From a virus (Duplodnaviria > Caudoviricetes): a stretch of 64,000 nucleotides of DNA. Both the position numbers and the translations under genes were made by a program. This document shows, in pieces, positions 45,733-56,744 of this stretch. Each line of letters opens with the position of its first letter. Within the stretch, counting starts at the first letter, position 1. The notes under the pieces were generated by a model that worked only from the letters and a program-made list of their open reading frames with translations, was not told where the DNA came from and made no database searches. The stretch is from positions 1,683 to 65,682 of the IMG/VR virus record IMGVR_UViG_3300049846_001293; one strand, written 5' to 3'.

Positions 45733-46623
45733 TCACCCATACACTTGTGTACCCACAGCACCGAGTGGATAAGTACGACCATTACCCCATATCAACCGTA
45801 CGGCGCCCGCAGATCCAGATCCGCCTTTCTTAGTGGTATCATCCGCGCCACCACCACCACCGCCATATGATCCACCGGATCCAGCATTGCCACCGAACGG
45901 CGCAGATCCAGATGCCAGTGCTGCGGCAACCGATCCAGTCCAACTACCGGGACCACCGCCTAGTGGCGTTGCAGCGCCGCCGACGCCGTTGGATCCTGAA
46001 CCATACAATCCTACTCCACCGCCGCCTGCGCCGCCGGCAGCGGCGGTTCCACCACCTCCACCACCTCCACCGCCTGTGCCGGCCGCGCCGGCCGTCGTGG
46101 CGGCGCCCGCGCCTCCGGTTCCGGAGTATCCACCGGCTCCACCGCCACCTCCGCCACCGTTGGCACTTGAGGCCGCACCCGCACCACCAGATCCACCAGA
46201 TCCCGAACGCACGGTGCCGCCGGTGCCGTTGCCAGTGGCACCGTTGTTACCACCAAGTCCACCGACAGCGTATACAAATACCGTATTACTTCCAGTCACC
46301 CATGACGATCCTCCGTCACCGGCTCGACCTGTAGTTAACGAAGCAGATCCCGTTTGTCCACCTATACCCACTACGATTTGTAACAAAGATCCGGGTGTTA
46401 CTGGAAACGTTGCGTAAGCCAAGGCGCCACCACCGCCACCGGTACCGCCGTTACCTGCCGCGGCTCCGCCACCGCCTCCGCCGCCAGCAACCGCCACCGC
46501 AGAAATCATAGAGACATTTGCGGGCACCGTCCAACTATGCGTTGCAACCGTGGTGAATATTGCTTCACTAACCGGTGCATAATTGGTAAATATTGATTGA
46601 AATGGAAATAGAGTGGAATACAT
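45733..46623 (-). CDS. Glycine-rich tail fibre tip / adhesin-like protein
   Basis: WTVPANV..I...AVAGGGGG, many GGG tracts, GSAGAVRLIW. Confidence 0.75.
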   Translation of the reverse strand: MYSTLFPFQSIFTNYAPVSEAIFTTVATHSWTVPANVSMISAVAVAGGGGGGGAAAGNGGTGGGGGALAYATFPVTPGSLLQIVVGIGGQTGSASLTTGRAGDGGSSWVTGSNTVFVYAVGGLGGNNGATGNGTGGTVRSGSGGSGGAGAASSANGGGGGGGAGGYSGTGGAGAATTAGAAGTGGGGGGGGGTAAAGGAGGGGVGLYGSGSNGVGGAATPLGGGPGSWTGSVAAALASGSAPFGGNAGSGGSYGGGGGGADDTTKKGGSGSAGAVRLIWGNGRTYPLGAVGTQVYG

Positions 46624-48275
46624 TACTTACTATCTCGCTGCAACAATACGCCTCGCCAGTTTGCACCGGCATCAACCGTGCTGAATCCCAACAAATCCAC
46701 ACCACCGGAGGTCAGCGTTGGTGCTGTGCCGCCGGGCCATCGTGTATTGGCAAACCATGCATTGGTCAACTGGGCGCCGTTCGAATATTGTAAAACAAAT
46801 CCACCCAATGTGCCACTTGATGGTGCACCTGAGGCGGTCCATGCGACGACGCCGGTACCGGATCCACTAGCAATGAAGTAATTGGCGGCATTGAGGTTTA
46901 GGTTATATCCCAAACCACCCACCACCAAAAATCCACCAGACGTTTGTGCCGTAACGTTTCGTGTTCGGATAGTGCCGGATATGGCCGATACATCCAATGA
47001 CGCGGATGGATCAACCATACCAATGCCTATACCAACAAAACCATTGGGCGCAATGGTCAGGTCAGCTTGTTGAGATGATGAATAGAATCCATTGGTGAAG
47101 AATCGGATGGCACTATTTGATCCAGTTGAAGCATTACCGATCAACAGTTCTCGGCCGGTTGAATACAGATAGGCATCGTTGCCCACGCCGACTGCATTAG
47201 TAGTGGTTGTGTGACCGCTGCTATTGATACCCATATCAATGTAATATGATGTTTCATTCAGTTGTCCCAGATTATTCGTTGCAACGAAATCTGCCGATGC
47301 TGAAATGCCCGAGGAGGCGTTTATCATATTAAATTGTATGTAATTATCGACCGACGCACTTGCCACTACAAGGTTGTACGATGTATAGGAAGCTGTCGGA
47401 TAAATACCCATTGCCTCTCGCGGAGTTCGTATCGGTCTAGAAACGCCCACCAACAATGCTTCGGTAGCTCCCAATGAACCAGTAATATCCACCCGATCGG
47501 ATCGAATATTCACAGATGCGGTAGAAACAATGGATCCATTCGGCGTAGTTCGAACGGACACCACCGTACCTCTATTGGTACCAGACCAATTTTCATCTGT
47601 CAAGAAGGAAATATTGGCGTGGTTAGTTTGATAATCCGTTCCATCGTGTCCATCACCGACAAGTTGCAACAATACATCACCCGATTGAAGTGCGGTAGGT
47701 GCCGTTGTTGTTCCTCTGGAACGTCGTGCCCGTATCGATGAACCAAATGTACTATCATTGTTATGCGTATCAATTGAAATACGTGTCGGCAAGCTGCTGC
47801 TTGCGACTACTTGAAGTAATGTTCCAGCGAGCGGAATGCTTCCGGTGGCTTGTCCAAGGATACGAACCTGCGGAGTGGTTTCGTGTACGACATTCAACGA
47901 TCCGGAAATAGCCGCACTACCGGTATACGGAAATGAACTACCACCTGTGGAATTAATGGTAATGGTGTCGGTGGTGTCGTTGGTAGTAATGCTAATGTTT
48001 GTACCGGCTACCAATGTTAACGAATCATTGGTTTGATCCGCGACCACGTTATTCTGTCCAGCAACTACAACGGTTCCAAATGCATTGCCGCCGGCACCCG
48101 GAGCATATGACGCTGAAAGTGCATATGACGCGGATGTAGCCGTCAATGCACTGCCACTCAATGATCCCGTCAATCCACCGGCGGAATTACTCAATTGTAG
48201 GGATCCGGATATCACAATGGTATTTATAACATTCAGTGTGTTAAAACTACCGGAATCGGTGTAAAATATTGCCAT
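46623..48275 (-). CDS. Tail fibre-like protein
   Basis: SGS/SASYA repeats, GFVGIG...P.ASLDV repeat, C-terminal WPGGTAPTLT..GVD. Confidence 0.75.
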   Translation of the reverse strand: MAIFYTDSGSFNTLNVINTIVISGSLQLSNSAGGLTGSLSGSALTATSASYALSASYAPGAGGNAFGTVVVAGQNNVVADQTNDSLTLVAGTNISITTNDTTDTITINSTGGSSFPYTGSAAISGSLNVVHETTPQVRILGQATGSIPLAGTLLQVVASSSLPTRISIDTHNNDSTFGSSIRARRSRGTTTAPTALQSGDVLLQLVGDGHDGTDYQTNHANISFLTDENWSGTNRGTVVSVRTTPNGSIVSTASVNIRSDRVDITGSLGATEALLVGVSRPIRTPREAMGIYPTASYTSYNLVVASASVDNYIQFNMINASSGISASADFVATNNLGQLNETSYYIDMGINSSGHTTTTNAVGVGNDAYLYSTGRELLIGNASTGSNSAIRFFTNGFYSSSQQADLTIAPNGFVGIGIGMVDPSASLDVSAISGTIRTRNVTAQTSGGFLVVGGLGYNLNLNAANYFIASGSGTGVVAWTASGAPSSGTLGGFVLQYSNGAQLTNAWFANTRWPGGTAPTLTSGGVDLLGFSTVDAGANWRGVLLQRDSK

Positions 48276-48278
48276 AAA

Positions 48279-50147
48279 TTAGGTTTCCCCGTATGCTGTT
48301 GCAATCCAATATGTGGAGCCAGCTAGATCAATGCTCGAATTTGAATTGATAACAAAACTTCCCGCGACCTTACTTTCGATGGTCCAGGATCGAGCATCAT
48401 CACCAGTGACCACTACAGCATAATTAGCAGTAGCAAATGATGATGTAAAGGTAATTGTGGCCTTTCGTGGTGTGCCAGTAAATGCACCACTACCCGTTAC
48501 TCCGGACTTTGTGGCCAATCCAGCAATACCGCCTGGTGCCCATGATGCAGTCAGTGCGTACGACGCAGATGTTGCCGATTGAATGCTACCGCTGAGAGAA
48601 CCAGTAATACCGCCGGTAACGATCAAACTGCCCGTAACCGTAAGTCCGTTAGTGAAATTAATTCCACCGGAAATATATGACGCTGATGTTGCGAATGATG
48701 CAAAGCTGGAAGTGGACGCGTATGAACTGGATATACCAGATCCACCACCATTCATTGCATACGATGCACTTAGTGCATACGATGCCGATGTTGCAGTCAA
48801 CGCACTGCCGCTCAGTGATCCTGTAAATCCAGCGGTTGATATTGTGGATCCCGTGACAGTCAATCCATTGGTAAATAAAATTGAACCACTAAAATATGAC
48901 GCAGTAACCGCGAATGATGCCCAACTTGATGTACCAATGAACGAACCACTAAAGGATCCGGTGTTGATTTGAATTGATGATGACACCACACCAATTGGCA
49001 GTATAGTTGGTGCATAACTTGCAGATACGGCATCACTGGACCAACTACTCGTGCCCAGCAGAGATCCAGTAATTTTTCCAATAAACGAACCAGTGAACGA
49101 TCCAGTGTTAATTTGAATAGAGCTTGATACAAGTCCTATAGGCAGCACTACCGGTGCATACGACGCCGACACAGCATCTGATGCCCAACTTGACGTGCCT
49201 CGTAACGATCCAGTAAATGAACCGGTGAACGATCCGGTATTGATTTGAACAGAACTAGACACTGTTCCAACCGGTAGGATGAATGGTGCATACGACGCCG
49301 ACACAGCATTACTGGACCAACTACCGGTGCCTAACAGTGACCCGGTGAATGACCCGGTGAATGACCCGGTGTTAATTTGTAAAGAGCTAGATACTACACC
49401 GAGAGGTAATATTGTGGGTGCATACGACGCCGACACAGCATTTGATGCCCAACTTGATGTACCAATGAACGAACCGCTGAAGGATCCGGTATTGATCTGT
49501 ATGGAAGATGATACTGTGCCTATTGGCAATATTGTCGGGGCATAACTCGACGATATTGTATTGGTTGCCCAACTTGATGTGCCCAGTAGTGATCCAGTAA
49601 ATGAGCCTGTAAATGAACCGGTGTTAATCTGAACTGAACTTGATACCAAGCCCGTTGGCTTACCGGTTATTGAATTCCAGTCCGATGCACCACCACCATT
49701 CATTGCGTATGATGCGGTCAGTGAGTAAGATGCTGAAGTAGCCGATGCAATGCTGCCGCTGAGAGATCCGGTGATGCCGCCGGTAACGATCAAACTACCG
49801 GTGACTATTAAACCATTTGTAAAGTTAACACCACCAGAAATATACGATGCAGTAACAGCGGTCTGAGCAAATGATGATGTAATAGCGTATGAACTGGATA
49901 TACCAGATCCACCACCATTCATTGCATACGACGCAGTGAGCGCGTAAGATGCTGAGGTGATACTGCCGCTGAGAGATCCGGTGATACCACCAGTTGCAAT
50001 TATGGATCCGGTGACCGTGAGTCCATTTGGAAATTCAATATTTCCGGACAGATAGGATGCAGTTACTGCAGTAGTTGCTATGGTAGCACTACCACTCAAT
50101 GATCCTGTTATTCCGGCATATACCGATAGTGAATGTAATTTATGCAT
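48279..50147 (-). CDS. Repetitive fibre-like protein with gp53/H-lectin-like C-terminus
   Basis: Tandem ~40-aa units SYAPTILPIG.VSSS.QINTGSF.GS; C-terminal ITF...F....Y.V.V...YWIA.A.G. Confidence 0.75.
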   Translation of the reverse strand: MHKLHSLSVYAGITGSLSGSATIATTAVTASYLSGNIEFPNGLTVTGSIIATGGITGSLSGSITSASYALTASYAMNGGGSGISSSYAITSSFAQTAVTASYISGGVNFTNGLIVTGSLIVTGGITGSLSGSIASATSASYSLTASYAMNGGGASDWNSITGKPTGLVSSSVQINTGSFTGSFTGSLLGTSSWATNTISSSYAPTILPIGTVSSSIQINTGSFSGSFIGTSSWASNAVSASYAPTILPLGVVSSSLQINTGSFTGSFTGSLLGTGSWSSNAVSASYAPFILPVGTVSSSVQINTGSFTGSFTGSLRGTSSWASDAVSASYAPVVLPIGLVSSSIQINTGSFTGSFIGKITGSLLGTSSWSSDAVSASYAPTILPIGVVSSSIQINTGSFSGSFIGTSSWASFAVTASYFSGSILFTNGLTVTGSTISTAGFTGSLSGSALTATSASYALSASYAMNGGGSGISSSYASTSSFASFATSASYISGGINFTNGLTVTGSLIVTGGITGSLSGSIQSATSASYALTASWAPGGIAGLATKSGVTGSGAFTGTPRKATITFTSSFATANYAVVVTGDDARSWTIESKVAGSFVINSNSSIDLAGSTYWIATAYGET

Positions 50148-50173
50148 TTAGTTTCCAAATGGAGTATATGATC

Positions 50174-51100
50174 TTATCCGTTTGATGTGTACGCACCACA
50201 CCAATCGGTCAACGACACAGCCGCCGCGGCCCAATACCACGCGGGTGCACACCCGACCGTGGCTCCTATTACGTGCGGACCATTCGTTCCCATAAACCAA
50301 GTTCCTGTTGCACTTTCGCCACTGGTGCCGTATGCCGCGGAATATCCCGAAAGCGAGGCGCCGCCAGCAACGGAAAAATCTGATGTACCATACACTAGAT
50401 CATTGGACGCATTATAAATTCGTAGTTCATGTTCTCGTAAATTAGTGTCGGTTCTATGCATCGCCATTTCAATACGATACCATACATTTCTACTTAAATA
50501 TATTGGCGTCGAACCACCCAGTGTAAATCTAGTAGGAGCACCCGCAACCCAGATATTAAAGATCGGGTTCCATCCACCCGCAGCGGTGTGAAAAGTAAAG
50601 GACCATGAATTTCCACCACCGGAATATTGCTCAAGACAGTGATTTCCGTTACCCAATGCCGGTGGATCGGATACGTGAGGATACACCAGTCGTTTATATA
50701 CACGAAAGTATGTGGATCCACCAACATTTGGCGGCGTCCAGTAATTACTCAATAATGCGAGTTCTGCAGTGTCCATATTTTGTACCGCCCCACCAACATA
50801 AATTAAATCTGTACGTAGCGCATTGGTAGTAGGACATCCGGAATCAATACCCTCGGTAGCAGCATCAACCACGGAAAGTCCAGCAACGTTTCCAATTACA
50901 GATTCAAATGGAGATACACCAGCAGTTCCACGAACAATTGCACTGGTGGTACCAACCACGGGCCAATTTTGTCTGAACACGAATGAATTGGATTGGTTAT
51001 TTTGTACTATTCGTGCAACTGCGGGCCGACCCCGATTGGGTGATCCGGCTATAATATTGTTACTGGAGCCACCTGCTTGAAAAATAAAATTGTTTGACAT
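50174..51100 (-). CDS. Putative virion protein, beta-sandwich/lectin-like
   Basis: Lies in the fibre cluster; WYRIEM motif; aromatic and beta-rich. Confidence 0.55.
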   Translation of the reverse strand: MSNNFIFQAGGSSNNIIAGSPNRGRPAVARIVQNNQSNSFVFRQNWPVVGTTSAIVRGTAGVSPFESVIGNVAGLSVVDAATEGIDSGCPTTNALRTDLIYVGGAVQNMDTAELALLSNYWTPPNVGGSTYFRVYKRLVYPHVSDPPALGNGNHCLEQYSGGGNSWSFTFHTAAGGWNPIFNIWVAGAPTRFTLGGSTPIYLSRNVWYRIEMAMHRTDTNLREHELRIYNASNDLVYGTSDFSVAGGASLSGYSAAYGTSGESATGTWFMGTNGPHVIGATVGCAPAWYWAAAAVSLTDWCGAYTSNG

Positions 51101-51301
51101 TTATGGACCTATAATTACAGAATTTGGCCGTAAGCCAGATATTACAACCTGATTTTGTCCTGCCGGAAATACCTTTATCGTAATTCTATCAGAAGAAGTT
51201 AGTTCATCTAATGTAAAATTAACAGAATTTCCAGACGGGGCAGAATAGCTGATCAAATCAAAATTAACAGAATTTCCAGACGATGGAGTATATAAAGGCA
51301 T
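51101..51301 (-). CDS. Small protein with a duplicated SGNSVNF motif
   Basis: 23-bp direct repeat at 51215-51237 and 51260-51282. Confidence 0.55.
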   Translation of the reverse strand: MPLYTPSSGNSVNFDLISYSAPSGNSVNFTLDELTSSDRITIKVFPAGQNQVVISGLRPNSVIIGP

Positions 51302-51304
51302 ACA

Positions 51305-52645
51305 TTACACCGGTGATATTGACCAATTTGACAATGCATTATATTTGACACTACCTGTTTCATATTCTACCATAACATGATATGAGCTTCCACTAGGTAC
51401 ATTAAATTGATATTTGCCCGTCGCGTTGCTGGAGGTTGATATGGTTTTATTGTCAATCTGACGAGTCAATCGAATTACCGCACCTGAGATAGGCAAACCA
51501 CCGTTGGTCACCGATCCTGATATTACAAATGAACCTGACAAATATTCCTCATTTGTAAATTCACTTCCACGCAACAAAATATATGGCCATCTGTAACTGG
51601 CGCTGGTTGGAGTATTTAATACTCCATCAGTCAAGGTACAGTATCGTACATTTTCTCCTCCAGCAGAAAGATTTTGCATGTCTTCGGTATTTCCGAAATC
51701 GTACACCGCAAGCCTGACCGTAGCACTTGAGCTAGGCTTTACTGTAAATCGATATGTTGATCCTGAAAAGAAGCTAATGGGTGATGCATAGGTGGTGGAA
51801 TACAATGCCGACGAAGTCAATGGTACCTGATTGGTATTGGCAACAGATGTATGAATCGCTGTGCTCCCGCTATATGTAACAAATTCTACATACGATTGAC
51901 TGGTATCAAATCGTACCCCATAATCTACACCGGTCAATTTCCAATTTTTTGATGGTTGCCATTCCAATCCACGTTCATCGCCACTGTCCAATGATGTAGA
52001 AGATCCGGCACTAGACGTACTGAATGTTGCCAGACCGTTGCCAAGATACACACCAAGTGTACCATCAAAATATCCACGAGATCCATCGGAAAATATAAAT
52101 CCAACGGACGGTATTCCATTGGCCACTCCCAAATATGCAGATGATAAAAATGAAGTAACTGTTGGGAACGCAAACGGCGCGGAAATGCCCATAGAAGTAG
52201 TTCGCAGGGCCAATGATGTAGAGGATCCAAACGTAGAATAATCAAACACCACACAAACAGTATCACCGATATTCACTGTTCGGTTTGAATTGAGATTTCC
52301 CGTTCTTACCAACCCAGCAGACGGTTCATTGATATACACAGTAAATCCCGCAACGCTGCCGGTTTCCCAGTACTGGTCAACGATTAGATCATCACGAGCA
52401 ACACCAATGCTACCTGAATCCAAATCAGCAAGATATACACGAAATGTTGTACCGGTTCCGGCAGTTCGTGCACCGACGCCGAAATCTAACATCTGTATAC
52501 TTTTACTTCCACTGGTCCAGTTGTGACCCCGTATCTTTCCAACAAAAATTACTCGCTCCGTCGCAGCGTCTATTGTTACCGATCCGACACCACCACCGAG
52601 AGATTGTTTTGATATGGGAATTATAAAATTCTCAAGATTAGGCAT
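51305..52645 (-). CDS. Putative virion protein with C-terminal carboxypeptidase-regulatory-like domain
   Basis: ISGSVT.GG.PISGAVIRL...SNATGKYQF. Confidence 0.6.
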   Translation of the reverse strand: MPNLENFIIPISKQSLGGGVGSVTIDAATERVIFVGKIRGHNWTSGSKSIQMLDFGVGARTAGTGTTFRVYLADLDSGSIGVARDDLIVDQYWETGSVAGFTVYINEPSAGLVRTGNLNSNRTVNIGDTVCVVFDYSTFGSSTSLALRTTSMGISAPFAFPTVTSFLSSAYLGVANGIPSVGFIFSDGSRGYFDGTLGVYLGNGLATFSTSSAGSSTSLDSGDERGLEWQPSKNWKLTGVDYGVRFDTSQSYVEFVTYSGSTAIHTSVANTNQVPLTSSALYSTTYASPISFFSGSTYRFTVKPSSSATVRLAVYDFGNTEDMQNLSAGGENVRYCTLTDGVLNTPTSASYRWPYILLRGSEFTNEEYLSGSFVISGSVTNGGLPISGAVIRLTRQIDNKTISTSSNATGKYQFNVPSGSSYHVMVEYETGSVKYNALSNWSISPV

Positions 52646-52721
52646 TTTGTGTCCTGAATGTTTGATGTATCACCAATAAATAGTTTAAACATCGTGTATT
52701 GAGTGAAAATAGAACCATTGT

Positions 52722-55700
52722 TTATGCCAATTTTACAAATGTAAATGTATATGAACTGGATATTGATGATGTAGTGGAACACATTTCCAAGAATATAGTG
52801 CTGCCACTGACGGAATTAGTTCGTAAAAATATAGAATCTGCTGATGTTGCGCCGACGCGGTGTAAAAATAGTTCATCAGTACCGCTTGATGACACAGATC
52901 CAGTATACCATGATAGTATTCCTGAAATACGATAGTTGTTGTATACAGAATCATTGATAATAGATGAAATTACGTAAGTGCTATTGGATAAATGTTGTGC
53001 GCCAGATGTTATTCGTGCGAATGATGGGGATAGTGCCGCGGAGACGGTAAATGTTATTTTGGTTAATTCATCTGCAGCATTCGCATACGATGCCGATGTT
53101 GCAGTCAACGCACTGCCGCTCAGTGATCCTGTAAATCCAGCGGTTGATATTGTGGATCCGGTAACGACGAGTCCATTAGAAAATTGAATATTTCCGGTGA
53201 GATATGACGCAGTAACCGCGAATGATGCCCAACTTGATGTACCAATGAATGAACCGCTGAAGGATCCGGTATTGATTTGACCGGAGCTGGATACGATTCC
53301 TATAGGTTTTCCGTTTATTAGACCCCATTCGGATACCGATGTATACGAAGAAGTTAGAGCATAGGAAGCGGATGTTATACTACCGGTGAACGAACCAGTG
53401 AATGACCCAGTATTGATTTGCGTTGAACTTGATACCAAGCCCGTTGGCTTACCGGTTATTGAATTCCAGTCCGATGCACCACCACCATTCATTGCGTATG
53501 ATGCGGTGAGCGCGTACGACGCAGATGTTGCCGATTGAATGCTGCCGCTGAGAGATCCGGTGATGCCGCCGGTAACGATCAAACTGCCCGTAACCGTAAG
53601 TCCGTTAGTGAAATTAATTCCACCGGAAATATACGATGCCGTTGTTGCTATCGTTGCGTGTGATGCAGAGGTCGCATATGAACTGGATATACCAGATCCA
53701 CCACCATTCATAGCATATGACGCGGTGAGTGCATAGGAGGACGATACTATTGATCCAAGTAGTAAACTTGCAGTAGCGGCATACGATGCCGATGTTGCAG
53801 TCAACGCACTGCCGCTCAGCGATCCTGTAAATCCGGTTGTGGATAACGTGGATCCCGTGACAGTCAAACCGTTAGGAAAATCTAAAGTGCCGCTAAAATA
53901 CGAAGCAGTATTTGTATTTGCGGCCCAACTTGCTGTACCGAGTAACGATCCGGTGAATGAGCCTGTAAATGAGCCGGTGTTAATCTGAACTGAACTTGAT
54001 ACCAATCCAGTTGGTTTACCTGTTATCACTGACCAATCGGCACCACCATTCATTGCGTAGGATGCGGTCGTAGCAAAACTTGCACTTACTGCATTCGAAG
54101 ACCAACTTGATGTACCAATGAACGAACCGCTGAAGGATCCGGTATTGATCTGCACCGAACTTGATATTAAAGTAGGTCTATTTAATATGTTGGTATATTG
54201 AATTGCGTTTGCAATGGATGAAGTAGTGCTATTGGCCGCCCAACTTGACGTACCTAACATTGAACCGGTTATGCCGCCAGTAACTTGAAGTGTGCCGGAT
54301 ATAATTTCAGTTCCAATAAATGTATTAGAACCGGTAGTAACAAACACCGAAGAGTCCAAACCATCAAACAAATTTGTATTTTCAGCATACGCCGCATACG
54401 ACGATGATGCCACCGATCCCGACTGTGCAACTGTCACTGAGAAGGTTGATCCGTCGCCCTTCGTGAACGTAATAGTAGTGTTCGATGCACTGGCGGTGAC
54501 GATGTTCTGTACTGCAAGTGTTGCGGAAATTGCAGCAGTGGCCCACGAGGCGGTGCCAACAAACGATCCACTGAACGACCCCGTGTTGATCTGTGCGGAA
54601 GAGGATACAATACCCGTAGGTAGAATTACAGGTGCGTATGATGCCGATCGGGCAACCGACGCCGTTGCTGCGTATGATGCACTGGTTAGATTTGTAAGAT
54701 TCGCACCATTGCCCACGAAGAACGAAGCCGAGACAGTGCCAACGATTCGAGTATCACCGGTCTGTCGGAATATTTGTGTGCCACCCGGATCGGCACCCAC
54801 AACAACGACACCGCCACTAGGCATCAATCGAAGCGAACCAGAACTAATTGATGCAGTATTTGATATTTCTATTGCGGTATTGATGAGATTATTCGTATCC
54901 CAAAATCCGATAGTTACTTTTTCATTTGCTTCATAGTAATCGGTGGGCATCAACGTCAGACTGCCACCTACACTGCCGATTCTGGATCCTTCTACACCAC
55001 CACTGGTGGCTAGAACATTGCGAAGTCGCAATGACGATTGTTCATTATCCAATTCGAGCAAATGTCCATCGCGTTGTACAACAAATGCAAGATCATTTGT
55101 TGCCAAATTACGATATAGAGCAATATCATTGGCAAAATGTGCAGTGCCACTAACATTCAAACTTGATGAAATGTTCACCATAGATGCAGATTGCTGCACC
55201 ACCGATCCGGTCAATGTAGTATTTGTGGACCACACTGCAAACGTATTTGGTGTGCCATTACCGACATTTGTATATGCAGACGTTACGGCATATGACGCAG
55301 AAGTAATGGAACCACTGAAAGATCCGGTGTTGATCTGTAGTGAACTGGATACCGTGCCGACCGGCAATATTGTTGGGGCATACGAGGCAGACGTCGCAAA
55401 TGCGGTTTGTCCCACATAACTTGCGGTAACCGCCGATTGTGCCAATGTCGCATATGATGCCGTGGCCACCGAGCCCGATTGTGCAACGGTTATGTCAAAT
55501 GTAGTACCATTGCCCTTGGTAAACGTAATGGTCGTGTTACTGACACTGGCCGTGATGATGTTTTGCGTTGCAATCGACGCGGAATTGGCCCAACTACTTG
55601 TGCCAATCAACGAACCAGAATATGATCCTGTATTGATTTGAATTGAGCTGGATACCAATCCTGTTGGTTTCTGTGTGATCGAGTCCCATGTCGAGGCCGC

Positions 55701-55973
55701 ACCACTGACATATGATGCCGTGAGTGCATATGATGCCGAGGTTGCCAGTACAGAATAGGACGATGAGATGGATTGGGTGGTATCACCAATCAATAAATAA
55801 GTCTGTGCCCACGACGCGGACACAGCAAAACTTGCAGTTGTGGCAAGTAACGCAACGGACGAGGTCGCGGCAACACGTTGCGCTTCAGCATTAAGAGTGA
55901 CAGTTTTTGTGGCGTCAACACCTAACGAGACAACGGACGAACTAGGATTGACGGTGATGACGGTTACGGGCAT
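52722..55973 (-). CDS. Long repetitive tail fibre-like protein
   Basis: SASYA, WxxIxxKP and QINTGSF repeats; ITFTKG.G.TF units. Confidence 0.75.
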   Translation of the reverse strand: MPVTVITVNPSSSVVSLGVDATKTVTLNAEAQRVAATSSVALLATTASFAVSASWAQTYLLIGDTTQSISSSYSVLATSASYALTASYVSGAASTWDSITQKPTGLVSSSIQINTGSYSGSLIGTSSWANSASIATQNIITASVSNTTITFTKGNGTTFDITVAQSGSVATASYATLAQSAVTASYVGQTAFATSASYAPTILPVGTVSSSLQINTGSFSGSITSASYAVTSAYTNVGNGTPNTFAVWSTNTTLTGSVVQQSASMVNISSSLNVSGTAHFANDIALYRNLATNDLAFVVQRDGHLLELDNEQSSLRLRNVLATSGGVEGSRIGSVGGSLTLMPTDYYEANEKVTIGFWDTNNLINTAIEISNTASISSGSLRLMPSGGVVVVGADPGGTQIFRQTGDTRIVGTVSASFFVGNGANLTNLTSASYAATASVARSASYAPVILPTGIVSSSAQINTGSFSGSFVGTASWATAAISATLAVQNIVTASASNTTITFTKGDGSTFSVTVAQSGSVASSSYAAYAENTNLFDGLDSSVFVTTGSNTFIGTEIISGTLQVTGGITGSMLGTSSWAANSTTSSIANAIQYTNILNRPTLISSSVQINTGSFSGSFIGTSSWSSNAVSASFATTASYAMNGGADWSVITGKPTGLVSSSVQINTGSFTGSFTGSLLGTASWAANTNTASYFSGTLDFPNGLTVTGSTLSTTGFTGSLSGSALTATSASYAATASLLLGSIVSSSYALTASYAMNGGGSGISSSYATSASHATIATTASYISGGINFTNGLTVTGSLIVTGGITGSLSGSIQSATSASYALTASYAMNGGGASDWNSITGKPTGLVSSSTQINTGSFTGSFTGSITSASYALTSSYTSVSEWGLINGKPIGIVSSSGQINTGSFSGSFIGTSSWASFAVTASYLTGNIQFSNGLVVTGSTISTAGFTGSLSGSALTATSASYANAADELTKITFTVSAALSPSFARITSGAQHLSNSTYVISSIINDSVYNNYRISGILSWYTGSVSSSGTDELFLHRVGATSADSIFLRTNSVSGSTIFLEMCSTTSSISSSYTFTFVKLA

Positions 55974-55988
55974 TGGCGCACCTAAACG

Positions 55989-56384
55989 TTATTCGGTGAC
56001 TGTCGGAATCGTAGAACCTAAATAGACACGAACTTTGCCCTGTGCTAAACGATATACCGTGTCGGGGGTAGTAGATTTATCAATGCCTACAATGTCGTAC
56101 ACATATCGGGTGCCGGTCATCAATGCGGTTTGCGCAGGCGTTAGGGTAAATTCAACAATGGATTGTGTAAGATCTACCACCGAACTGGTAAAATAGACCG
56201 AGGGCAACAAATCAACAAATTGTTGACTAATGGATGCAGAGAAAGACCAACTCGTGATATCCAGCGCCGTAGCGCTGGCCGAGTCGAGTAGTTGGTAGGT
56301 CAGTTTGAACGATGCGTGCTGATTGATGTTCAGGTCTGCGTTAACTACCGTTGGGTTCGTGGTGGCTTCCCCTAGTGCAGACAT
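55989..56384 (-). CDS. BppU/LtfC-like fibre or baseplate adaptor
   Basis: I.Q.ASF......LDIT.W.F...TLTPAQTA....YVYDI...RL.QG.V. Confidence 0.65.
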   Translation of the reverse strand: MSALGEATTNPTVVNADLNINQHASFKLTYQLLDSASATALDITSWSFSASISQQFVDLLPSVYFTSSVVDLTQSIVEFTLTPAQTALMTGTRYVYDIVGIDKSTTPDTVYRLAQGKVRVYLGSTIPTVTE

Positions 56385-56385
56385 A

Positions 56386-56715
56386 TTATCGCTTCAAAAT
56401 GGTATTGGCGGCAATGGTGATTTCGTTAGAACCGCTTTTCTCTACACGTGCAGTTACAGAAGTACCGCCTACATTGGAATACAGATATAGTCCTTCTGCA
56501 GTCAATGCACGTTGAGCAACACTACTTGTGAGTGGTGTGGCCTGAAGTGGTACATAAGAACTACTGTGGCCGGTCAGTCGACCCCACAACTGTACGCCTT
56601 GTACGCCGTACGATGCGCTTGGTACATAGACCAATAGATCCGCGGCAATGGTTTCGCCTAGACCAAACTCACTGCCGGTGCCGGACGACGCGCTCACAAA
56701 TAAAAGTTGAGGCAT
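56386..56715 (-). CDS. Hypothetical virion protein
   Basis: Beta-rich ORF following the tail tube gene. Confidence 0.55.
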   Translation of the reverse strand: MPQLLFVSASSGTGSEFGLGETIAADLLVYVPSASYGVQGVQLWGRLTGHSSSYVPLQATPLTSSVAQRALTAEGLYLYSNVGGTSVTARVEKSGSNEITIAANTILKR

Positions 56716-56744
56716 AGATGATTCTCTTTAGAAGTGAAGGACAA

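Noticed and set aside
48279-55973. Repeats as a CRISPR array or a DGR template/variable pair
   Set aside because: The repeats are in-frame coding units without unique spacers, no adenine-specific mismatch pattern was seen, and there is no reverse transcriptase in the window.
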